A model generated the notes under the pieces. The model searched no databases. It saw only the letters and a program-made list of their open reading frames with translations, and had not been told where the DNA came from. A program made the position numbers and the translations under genes. 64,000 nt of DNA from Azolla caroliniana (taxonomy: Eukaryota; Plantae; Polypodiophyta), in contig JBHGNT010000010.1 in NCBI GenBank assembly GCA_043228905.1, positions 4,526,001 through 4,590,000 on the forward strand, in the 5' to 3' direction. The stretch's first letter is position 1. Each line of letters begins with the position of its first letter. Shown one piece after another: positions 25,190-37,100 of the stretch.

Positions 25190-27592
25190 TGTTTCCTCGG
25201 GATCGAAGTGATCCGTACCCCCGAAGGCATATTGATCAGCCAACGCCATTATGTGTTGAGTATGCTCTTCAAATTCGGGATGGCCGACTGTAAGTCCGTC
25301 TCGACTCCTCTGGATAGAACTGTCAAGCTTCGCACCAATTCCGGAAAGGTATGTGACCCGACGATGTTCCGAAAAATTGTCAAAAGCCTTATCTACTTGA
25401 CAATCACCCGACCCGATCTCAGTTACCTAGTCGGGGTGATCAGTCAGTTCATGGCGCGACCTACCGAGGAGCACCTTCAGTGTGCGCAACGTGTACTGCG
25501 ATACGTTGTCGTGAAGAAAACCGTCCCTTAGCGCAATCGGTGCATAGCGCGCGTGAACCGGCTCTTCACGCGTGCGCGCCCTTAATGTATATAATAGGGG
25601 ATTAGGTACATAGGTATATCCTGGGTAGCTAGATTCGGTAGGTAGGAAGTAAATGAGGGAGACGGCTCCCTTCTGGATGCTATAAAGAAAAGGGAGACGC
25701 AGAGGAGAAGGGGATCGCGCGTTAAGGAGGACGAAGTGTTGTCGGACTGTAACCGAACGCTTCTCCTCTGTTTGTTCTCTATCACTCTTCTCTGCAGGTT
25801 TTCGGGAGGCTCGCGCTGCTTCGAGGAACGCTCGTGTGCTTCCGGCAGCACCTCCATCCTATCCCTTTTCGTGCACAGACGAACAGGCATCAACATCTGT
25901 TCGCCGGCCTAGTCGGTTGTAACCGCTCGCGCGCTCTGTTGTGTATTTGTTATTCGTTAATATACAAACTTTCGTGTCTCTCTGTCTCTGTGTCCATTCG
26001 CGTTCTCTGCGTTGACGGGCCGTGTCCCTGTGTTTCTTTGCTCATACGTAACCGGTCGTCTCTCTCTCTTTCTCTTTCCCCTCCTATCACCTGCTCTTCG
26101 GTTTAAGACCCCGGTGGTCCCGCCTCGTTTTCTCCATGCACGCGCGTAGCAACGCGACAACGTAAGCGGCACTAAGGATCGGGGACTGCTATATCAGACC
26201 GGTACAGCCTCGCAGTTGGTCGGCTACACCGATGTTGATTGGGCCGGCAACGCCGCCGATCGCCGATCCACGTCCGGATACACGTTCTCTCTTGGGAGTG
26301 CCGCGGTAGCGTGGTGCAATAAGAAGCAGCCAACAGTTGCACTGTCGAGCACCGAAGCCGAGTACCGAGGAGCGGCTGTCGCGACTTAAGGATCTGCAGG
26401 TAGAGGTGTTCGATCCAACAACGATCTATTGCGACAACCTCAACAACATCTAGCTCGCGAAGAACCCCGTTTTCCACGCACGGACCAAGCACATTAAGGT
26501 GCACTACCATTTCGTCCGTGAGCATGTCCTTTCTAGTGAAGTCGAACTTCAGCATGTTCCGACGGATCGGCAGACCGCCGACATCTTCACCAAACCTCTT
26601 GGACGGAACAAGTTGTGGCAATTCTCGGGTGCGCTTGGGTTGCGTCACCTTGACGTGCCGAACTTGAGGGTGAGAGATGTCCCGAATGACCACGAAAGGG
26701 GGAGAGAAGACCGTGACGCCGAGTCCGATGTCGAATTCGATTTCGGATCGGCTAAAGAAGCCGAGGGCGGACCCGCGGAAGAGCCGAAGCCAACCAAGTG
26801 TGGGCGAGACGAAGCCATTAAGGGAGAGAAGACCGAAGACGAGTTGGAGACAGCCAACTCGGACGAGAGCGAAAACCGATCGGAGGGAGCCGAGTCGGTT
26901 CGGATGTTTGATTCGGATACGTTGAATCAACCAAGGGCCAAGCGGAAAAGAAGGTAACAGGAGAAACGCCAACACCGCGACAACAAGGGAGCTGTGAAGG
27001 GTCGTGGGAGCAGACAAGTCGACCAGAAGGGTCAAAGCGCGCGGAGTCGAACAGGCCGAGGAGCGTAAGCGAGGCATGGAGCCAGGAGAAGCCGGAACGT
27101 AGATTCGGTGGAGCAAGCGGAACCTCAAGTTGAGCTTGAGGGGGAGTGTTGAGAGACAAGCTCAACATTTGTGCGTAATATGATGCGTAACCAGTGCGTA
27201 GATTGGGTGCGTAAAATCGGTACGCATAACATGGTCGTAGCGGTGCGTAAACCGCGAGGCCATTTGAAAGTTATTCCTCGTAAGGAATAGTTTTGGGAGT
27301 AAGTGTCGAGGCTCATTTATGAGCAGTCAAGCACTGCCAGCACTTGTGTCAGCCCATTGTTAGGGCTTGTATAAAAGGTGCTCACTAAGCACGATGTATG
27401 TACAGAGTTAGCATTTTTTAATTGAGTTCTCTGTGTTCTCTCTCTATCTCTCCCGCGTACTGTGTATACTCAAGCTCTCCATTAAACCTGCGTATTTTCT
27501 CTATGTTCGTTTTTCTATTGCCTTTGCACATAATCTTTCACAATCCTATCGCAACCAGGCGAGGATGGGCAGTCCCATCCAGTCGCGTATCA
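25190..27592 (+). mobile_element. 5'-truncated Ty1/Copia (RT end, RNase H, acidic 3' extension, PPT, 3' LTR 27147-27592)
   Basis: FLGIEV...LIYLTITRPDLSY...RVLRYVSGT, GYTDVDWAG, STEAEY, ADIFTKPL. PPT GAGGGGGAG is followed by TGTTGAG...GTATCA. Confidence 0.85.
25507..26159 (+). mobile_element. Solo LTR (653 bp) of the A/B/C Gypsy group, 4-bp TSD ACGT
   Basis: TGTCGTGAAGAAAACCGTCC...CAACGCGACA, with ACGT at 25503-25506 and 26160-26163. Removing it restores the Copia reading R-Y-V-S-G-T. Confidence 0.93.
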
Positions 27593-30500
27593 CTCGAGAA
27601 AATTTAATGTTGCGGAGATAAACTATGAGGTGCATGACAAGGAGTTACTAGACGTGGTTGACTCTTTCGAGCAATGGTGACATTTCTTAGAAAGATCGCC
27701 TCATCAGATCATCATTTATAGCGATCACAAAAATCTTACATATTTTTGAACAGCTCAAGTGTTAGATAGGCGACAAGCTCGGTGGGCCCAATTTCTAACT
27801 AATTTCGATTTCAAGATCATTTTTCGCCCTGGAAAACAATAAGGGAAAGCAAATGCTTTGTCTCGTCGTTCATATTTGGCACTTCGACCTAGAGATCCGG
27901 CCTTAGACTATCAAAAGTAGATTCTCCTCGGACCATCAAAGCTACAGACAACAACAGTTTATGCCACGCCACTTGATTCAAGCCTTCTTGATACTATTTG
28001 GCAACAATTTCACTCTGACGATTTAACTGAGGATGTCTTAGCCCACATTGGTTCAAGCCATGCATCTTGCTCCACATTGCAAGGGTCATCTAAACACTAT
28101 CAGGATTGCACGTGCCAAGATGACCTACTCTTCTACAAGAATCTCCTTTATGTCCTTGACGGATCACCTCGAGTTCAAGTGTTAGAACATTGTCATGATG
28201 CCCTATGGCTGGACATTTTGGTATTGCCAAGACCGTTGAGTTAGTCAAGTGTTCGTTTTCGTGGCCTCACTTACAAAAATTTGTCGAAGATTACGTTCAC
28301 ACATGTGACATTGTTGTCGCGCCAAAATACCCAGGCATCATCCTTATGGCTTGCTACAACCATTACCGCCTCCTAACAAGCCATGGCAATCTATTTCTAT
28401 GGATTTCATTACGGATTTGCCACCTTCCAGAGGCTTTGATACTATTTTAACAATAGTGGATCGATTTACCAAGATGGCGCATTTTTTGCCATATGTAAAG
28501 AGCACCAATAGTCAAGAAACCGCAAATTTCATTATGTGTGAAGTGTTTGCCATTATGGTCTTCCAAACGATATAATTAGCAATCGTGGTTCTCAATTTAT
28601 CTCTCACTTTTGGAAGCACATATGGGCAGGCCTCAAAATCTCTGCAAACTCTCTTCGGGTTATCATCCACAAATTGACAGACAAACAGAGTGCACAAATA
28701 CGCTCGAACAGTATCTTCGATGCTTCATCAGTTATTAACAAGATGATTAAAGTTTTCATACAACAACACGGTGTCGAGGTTTTCCTCGCGGATGAGTGGA
28801 ATGAGGCGGGACCTCGGGGGTCTTGTACCAAAGAGCAAGAGAGAAAGGAGAAGATGCCCACTACGTGCGAGAGTAGATCCACAGGGACACGACCCTTCGA
28901 CGCAAAGACGCAAGTGGGACAGCGACACAGAAAGACACGAATGTATGTATGTATTAACGAAGACAAACAACAAGAACACGAAGACAACAAAACACGAAGT
29001 CGGTTACAACCGAATAGGCCGGCGAACAGATGCCGATACCTGCTCGTAAACGCACAGAGAGGAAGGAGTAGGTTGGAGGTGCTGCCGGAAGCACTCGGGC
29101 ATTCCTCAGAGCAGCGCGAGCCTCCCGAAACCTGCACAGAAGGAAGCTATGGCGTTCGCGAACCAGTGAGAGAGAGAGAGAGAAGCCTTCGCCCGCAAAC
29201 CGACAACACTTCGTCCTCGACTCTCCGCGATCCTTCGCCCCTCCTCGTCGCCCTCCTTTTATAGGTAAGGAAGGAGCCGTTTCCCTACCTACCGAATCTA
29301 CCTGCCTAGGATCTTCTATGTACAACAAGAGGCGCATGTGCACGAAGAGCCGGTTCCTATGCTCCGGTGCACCGATTCCGCTTGTGGACGGTTTTCTTCA
29401 CGACATCCGCCCCCACCTAACCGCGGATCCACCGGCATGCGCCAAATTGTGTTGGGACGGAGAAAACCGGTTGCCCACGAGGAGATCGTACGTTCCATCG
29501 GCATGATCGGCATGTGCCCAAACATGAGCTTTGCCGGCATGAATTCGGTTACCGAACTGTGCGTAGTTCGGTCAGCCCACAACACGTAAGGCAGCAGTCG
29601 CGGCCAGTTTCCGACTTGACCTCCGCATGCCCGAACTAACGCCTTGACGATCGGTCCGTGTCCGCGCTCCACCTTTCCATTCGCCTCCGGATTGTACGCA
29701 GTGGTAAGCGAGAGCTTGACTCCTACCCGGTCGAACAGCTCCTCGGCCTCTTCGGCGTCCAACTCCCCGCGATCAGCCACGATCTTCCCGACGCACCCGT
29801 ACCGGCATATCACGTCCTCAATCAGGAACCGACATACGGCCGCAGTCGTTTTGTTCTGAAGGGCTCAGCCTTCCACCTAGTTCCTCAGATCTTCCCGAGC
29901 CAGGACCAGATACCGCATCTGTCCTACTCCCATCGGCATCGTCACCAGATCTACCATCCATTTGAAGTGGATGGTCGGAGGGTACGTAGGGTGAAGCTCG
30001 TCCCGATGTCGGACTACGGAGTGCATCTGGCAGCTCTCGCAAGTTGTCACGAACCGATGCACGTCCCGGTACAGTCCCGGCCACCAGTACTTCCCCTTTA
30101 TCTTCTCGAACGTGGCCCACGTTCCACGGTGTCCAGCCCAAGGGCTGTCGTAGTAGGCCGTCAACAGCTCCTCCTGTTCTCCCTTCATCGCCACCACCCG
30201 GAGCGGGACGCCGTTCCTCTTCTTCGGGTGCTTCCATAAGTATCCGTCCCGGAGAAAGCATCGGTAAGCTTTCTTCCGGATCCGGTTGGCCTCGTCCTTC
30301 GTCCATGACGCATCCGGCGTCATTGTCCTCAGAAACCCACCGATCTGCAGCCACTCGCCGTCTTACTTGCTCTCGTCGAAGCCGTTAAGTGCCGGAGTGC
30401 TTGCCCCATCGGTCGTCACGTACGCCGCCTCGAAGAAGTCCACGCCGACTTCTTCGTCCTCCGAAACCATGCCGCCCTCGTCATCAAACCTCGCCCTCGA

Positions 30501-33500
30501 AAGCATGTCGGCCATGGCGTTGTCTTTTCCGGAAATGTGTCGTATTTCCAGGTCCAGGGACTTGATGTACGCTATCCACCTGAGCATAGCCAGGTCCGGT
30601 GTCGCGCATCCGGAAACCATGCCGAGAATCGGCAGGCAATCCGTCTTGATAACCACTTCTGTCCCGATCAGGTAGTCTTTGTCGGCCTTTACTGCCGAAA
30701 CGATACCCCAGAGTTCGCGTTTAACCTGGGCGTACCCTCGCTGTCGTTCACTGAGGACCTTAGCGCCGAATCGGATCGGGAACCGGGTGCCGTCCCCGTC
30801 TTCTTGGTTGACGACCCATCCGATCCCGGTCGGACTCGTATCCACCATTATGTATACCGGGGTACCCTTCTCGTAGACAGCCTTCCGGAGCGCCGAGGCT
30901 GCCGCAAGAGCTTCCTTCAGCTTCCGGACCGACTCCGTGTGCTCGTCTCGCCACTCGAATTTTCGCCCTTTCTTCAGCAACCCGTATAGCGGCTCCGCAA
31001 CGTGGGCGTAATGAGGGATCCATATGTGGTAGAACGCACATGCCCCCAGGAACCTCCGAACTTACGTAACCGAGCTACAATCGGTCTTCATCGCGGAGAT
31101 GGCTTCTACCTTTGCCGGAGACGGCTTCCGGCCATAAGGTCCACATAGGTGTCCGACCACCAGGATTTCTGATTGCCCGAAGGCCGATTTCTCCCCGGAG
31201 AAGGTGAGCCTCGCATCCTCTAGCCTTTGTAGCACCTTCTCGCAGTCGTCGATGTGTGTCGCCACGAATCGCCGGCATCCGTCCGGCCCGACTGTCTCGT
31301 CCTTCTCCTCCATCGGGCACCCCTTGATCGGGATGTCGTCTACAAACGGCATGGTGATGTCTGGGATGCAATCCCTTAGTACCTTGTTCATTGCATTCAC
31401 CATGTGGGCCACCGTGTTGGTCCCTCCTTGTGGCAGGGTACACATTCGCACTAGGCTGAGGGGAGTTCGCATCGTCGTAATATCTCTGCTCTCCACGGCT
31501 AGCTGGAACTGGTCGTACCCCGAGTACAGATCACCGACCGAGTAAATTGACCTTCCGGCGAAGGCCTCCGCGAACTCGTCTATGGTCGGTCCGATTCCTG
31601 TGTTCCGAATGGTCACTCTGTTGACCGGCTGCAGGTCTTGAATGAAGCGCATCGTTCCGTTTTTCTTTGGTACGGTAAACCATCGGTTCGAGTATGGGGC
31701 ACTCGACGGTTCGAGAATGCCCATATCTACTTTCTGCCTCAATAGCTCCATCAACTTCGGGATGTGAGCTCTTGGTACCGGAATCGGCTTGAGATTCCAC
31801 GGTTCATGCGGTACCGTGAATATCACCATCGGCTCCACGATCGTCGGGTCTACGCACCTGATCTCTTCCGGTGAGAATGCGAAGGCTTTCCCGTGCCTTC
31901 CGAGCATTCTCTGAAACCGGTCTTCCTCCGCCGGCAGTAGGAACCCGCCCCCACCGATCTTGAGCTCCCGGAGCGTCCTATCGGTGAAGGTGTGTCCTAT
32001 GCAGGCCGGATCTCGTAAACTGGGGTCCGACGCCACCCCTCTGATTCGGGACTCGCTGCCCTCCGGTAAGGGTGCCGCGACCGGCCTTACCTTCCGGTCC
32101 ACAGTCTTGTACTTCGTGCTAACTCGGGCCATCCGATCCGACTCGAGCCCTTGACTGAAGTCCGCGATGACTTCGTACATCTCTTCGGAACATACCGGTA
32201 TCGTCCGGTCTTCGTTAAGGTCTTCTCCGACTACCTTCCTCAGCATTCCCAAGGTGTCGTCGAAGGAGACCGCCTCCACGGCTCCGCTGATTTCCTCGTC
32301 CGGGCCGAGAACTCCGCACGCTCGAAGTCCCTCCTCCGCCCTTGCCCTTTCTCGGCCAACGATGCCGACTATCATACATCCTCCGTCGTCCGAGAAGCAA
32401 AATTTCCTGCCTATTGTACAAGGTTTCTTCGGTTTCGGTTCTATTGTACAACATGGGGTCTTTCCCGAGTGTCCAGACTGTCTCGGCCCCACGCCTTGGC
32501 AGCCCTCTCTAAAAATCCTCTCGGTTCTCGCCACCGAGGGATTTGCGGTTCCGCTCGTGGTTCGGCCGCACCGTCAGAAATTGGACCGAATGGCACCCGT
32601 CTTGGCTTTTGACCCTCGCGTAGGCCGACCCGTTGTCCAACACTTTGGTCTCCATCCGCGCCGCCGTGATGTATGGTTCACCTAATATGACCGGGTGCGA
32701 GGACGTCTCCTGTACGAAGAAGTGTTGGTCAATCTCGACGTCGCCGATCTTGACTCGCACGTTCGGGCAGGCCCCATGCAGTTCCTCGGTGGCACGCGTC
32801 GCCGCCCGTATCTTCCACCCGTGCTTGGTGTTGATCGGCCACTTCCCCTTCTTATAGAAGTCCATGGACATCAGCTTTATTTTCGAATCGTGGTCCACCA
32901 GTGCCACCACCGGTTCCTGAACCTCTCCGATCTTTACCGGGGTCTCCGTGGTCGCTCGGGCCCAGTGTGGCCTCCAATAGTGGCTCTCCGCCCACTCATC
33001 TGCCAGCGCCGAGTCGTCGATGTGTGTCGTCCGCACCTCTACCGGTCTTTCCGGATCTGTCTCCGTCGACAGCCTCTTCCGTTTCACCAAGTCTACAATG
33101 GAGTCGTGGAACTCCTTCTTGGCGATCCCTAACACCTCTCGCAATGATAGCTCCACTTTGCTGTCGAGGATCCGTTTTTCTAGGACCTTTCGTAGGTCCG
33201 TAGTCCTTTCTATCTCCGTCCCCAGTCGGTATCCGCCCTGCCTGGGGTTATCTTGCGAGCTGGACCCGTCGGCATCGTTCCGTCGTTGCCCGAATCGGGT
33301 CTCGTATCGTTGTGAGGGCCCGGCCGCTCCGGCTTTCCCCACTCGCTTGTCTTCTACCAGAGCCTCGTAGTTCCGGCAGGCGGCTTCTACGAAGCCCGTC
33401 TTCTCCTCGACCGGATCGCTCCACCCGGTTATTTCCCGGACCCGTCTCTCAGCGCGGTGTCGCGTTGTTACGCGCGTGCGTGGAGAAGGGCGGAACCACG

Positions 33501-34123
33501 GGGGTCTCGGACTAAGGAGAAGGGGAGAAGGAATAGGACTTCGGAATGGAGCTTAGCACAAGAAGAGGAAGAATGAACAAGAGGAAGATAGAGGCCAAAC
33601 GCTCAACAAGATATATTAGAAACGAAAACCGATTACAAAATGGCGGCCGCGTAGGTCGCACCGAACGACTATGATAAACCCGAAACCCTAATCCGACGAA
33701 GAAGAAAAGAAACCCTAAACGAAACCCTAACCCTAAAACGAAATGGTATACCTCACTCACACTCAAAAATAAGGCAACCCCCACAATGGTGCTCTTCCTC
33801 TCCCTTTATAGCACAAGGAGAGAAGACCGTTTACAAAAAGGGTGCTACCAAATATCCCCTTTCAATCAATGGGGATATTTCCCTTGATTTTAGGGGAGGT
33901 GGGAAGGATGGGTCTTAACTCCCACCTCTACACGAACTACTATGTACCTATCTCTCTCTCTCTCTCACGTGGATGTGCGCGCAAAAGCACATCACCTTTA
34001 CACTTTACAAATCCTAAGGTGCATTTCTAGCACCATACTTATCACTATCGATAAATAGAAATACAACATGGTGATGTGCAACGTTGCACATCGCGGGTTT
34101 GCTTGCTTCGCTCGGGTTTCCGC

Positions 34124-37100
34124 CTATGGACGAAAATCTTCACGACATCCGCCCCCACCTAACCGCACATCCACCGGTATGTGCCAAAAGGGGACAAAAC
34201 GCGAGATTTTCGGCCAAGGCGGCCAACCGAGCCCTTGACAACCTCGTGGGCTTGCCCGGCTTTGTCTTCCACTTCGAGCAAGTCCACCCCGTCCACACGA
34301 ACCACCGTCGCCTTCCGGCCCACCATCTCCACCGAATGGTCTCGAACCGTCGGCTCCATCCGATCCGCCACACTTGACAACGTTCGCCGAGTCGTTGCCT
34401 CCACCCGATCCGCCACGTCCATCGTGATTCTTTGAACCACCGTCTGCATCCGGACCGCCGTTTCCGATGCCCGCGCCTTCTTCCCCGATCGGTCCTCCCG
34501 AACGCCGTTGCCGACCCGGTTGCTCTTCTTTTGTCCGCCTCGTATAGCCTCCGGATGCTCTCCCGATCTCTCCGGTTGCACGCCGGATTCCGCCTTTCCC
34601 GTGCTTGCCGTGCTCTCTCGCCGTAGAGCATACCATCGTTCCCGTGCTCGTTGCTTGGCCCTCATGCGGCCGCATTGCACGTTTCGCATTCCGCTCCTCT
34701 TCGCGTACCCTTTCGGAAAGGTACCTTTCTTCCCCGACCTCCGTTTCGCTCGGAGGAACACCCTCTTGGCCCTCTTGGTCCGCTCGACCGCACACATCCT
34801 TCGTGATGTCGTGTTCGTTCTTTTGGGCGCATACATCTTCGTTCTCCGCGACCTCCCGTATGCCTCTCTCGGTGCCTTCATCCGTTGTGGCCTTCGTCCC
34901 CTCGCCGCCACCGTCCGCCACTCTTGGTCTCACGTCGGCACTCGCGCCGACCGCCGGAGTCTCTATAGCCGGTGTGGAGGATCCCTCTCGGGCCTTATCT
35001 TCGTGGCCGCCGGTCTTAGCCTCTCCGTAGGCCACCTCTTCCCACCAATCTTCCCTAGCATCGTGCCAGGTCTTGTCGTCGTCGCCTTCCTCCTCGTATT
35101 CGCCTCTCGAAGGCGTGATCCGACCGTCATCTTCGGTCGCTCGATGTGGCTCCTTCGTAGGCATGCTTGTGTCTTGGCCCTCCATCGGCCATATTGCATG
35201 CATCTCGTCTCGCTCTTCCGCCGTAGATCCGACCTCCGTGTCGGTCTTCTCCTCCTTTGTCGCCGTAGCCCGTTCCGACACGGGCTCGCCGTCTTGGACC
35301 CACCCGTCCACCATCTCGTACCGGATATCCGTTCCGGTAACCTCGTACGCTCCGGCCTCCGACTCCTCGCCGCTACCCGCCGTCTCTCCGGTCTTATGTT
35401 GATCCGCAACCGCCGTAGTCTCTAGAGTGGATATGGAGGGTCTCGTTTGTTTCCGTTTTCCCCCCGAACCATGGTCGTCGTGCCCGGTTAGCCTCCATCT
35501 CGCGCTTACCGGCTCCCATCGCAACCGTAACCGTAACCGTAACCGGCCAATCGGTCTTGCCGGCTTCCTTCGGTTTGGGCCCGGTTCGCCGGCCCTTACT
35601 CTCTTCTTCTTCCGTGCCGTATTCCGGTCGGGTCGGTTCCCGACTCTCTCCTCGTTTCCGCTCCGGTCCTCTCCGTCGGACCCACCGTATACGCCCATTC
35701 CGGGCCCCGCATACTCGTCTTCGTATGCGCTCTCTCCGGGCCTCACCTCCTCACGGTCACCGCCCATCTCTCCGGTCTCACGTTGGCATTCGAGCACAAC
35801 CGCCGAAGTCTCCGGCCCCGGTGTCAAGGGGTCTTGCCTCCGTCTGCTCCAATCTTCCTTCTCGTTTCCGTTGCCTGCCTTGCCGCCGTCACCTCCCGTC
35901 GCACTAAGCCTCATGCCGGCACTCGGGCCGGCCATTGGAGCCTCTAGGATTGGTGTGGGTAAGGTCCCGGCACCACCGCTTGTTGTCTCCGTAGCCGCTT
36001 TCGTTCGGACGTCGTCGTCCGCAGCTCCCCCATCTCCGATTCCGTAAGCCTCTAGTATGCTTGCCACCACCTCTTCTTCGCCGTTCTCCGCGTCATTTTG
36101 TTTGCCCGCCTTGCCGCCGCCACCGCCCGTCGTTCTAGGTCTCGTGCCGGCACTCGGGCCGACCGCCGAAGCCTCTAGGGCCGGTGTGTGGAAGGTCGCG
36201 GCACCACCGCTCGCCTCCTCTCCGCTCGATGTTTTGGGCCGCCGTGCCCCGAATCTTCCGCCCACTTTCGAAGTGGCGCTCTCCGCTTTGTAGTCACCGG
36301 CCTCATCCTTGGCCGTCCATTCGCCGCAAGACGAGAGGGTTGCTCGCTCCGCACCCTCTCCCATGTCGTCGTCGTTTCGGTTGCCCGCCTTGCCGCCGCC
36401 ACCGTCCGTCACTCTAGGCCTCTCGCCGGCTCTCGGGCCGGGTGCCGGAGTCTCTAGGACCGGTGTGTGGAAGGTCACGACACCACCACTCCTCTCGTCC
36501 GTAGCCACCTCCATTCGGACATCGTCGTCCGTGGCTACCCCGTCTTCGGTTTCGCAAGCATCGAGTATGCTTGCCGCCGCCTCTTCTTCGCCGGTCTCGT
36601 CCTCATCTCGGTTGTCCACCTTGCCGCCGCCACCGTCCGTAGCTCTAGGTCTCGTGCCGGCACTCGGGCCGACCGCCGAAGCCTCTAGGGCCGGTGTGTG
36701 GAAGGTCGCGACACCATCGCTCGTTTCATCTTCCTCCTCCATTTCGCAAGCCTCGAGTATGCTCGCGAAATCCTCGTAGAACGTTTCGGGCAATCGCGTC
36801 CCGAAACTTCCGCCCACTCTCGAAGTGGCGTCCATCGCTCCGTAGATATCGGCCTCGTCCATGGCCGTTCTTTTTCCCCGAGATGAGACGGTCGCTTCCT
36901 CCGCACCTTCTCTCGTGTCGACGCCGTGGTCGCCCGCCTTGCCACCGCCACCGCCTTTCACCATAGGTCTTACGCGGGCACTCGGGCCGGCCGCCGTGAT
37001 CTCTAGCAATGACGCGTGTAAGGTCGCGGGACCGCCGCTCGTCGATGTAATGTCCGTAGCCACCTCCGCTCGGACGTCGCTGTCCGTGGCTACCCCGCCT

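Noticed and set aside
23500-25190. AT-rich stretch with short ORFs and a 28-bp duplication at ~24386-24440
   Set aside because: Possibly decayed TE, but no recognisable domain or termini.
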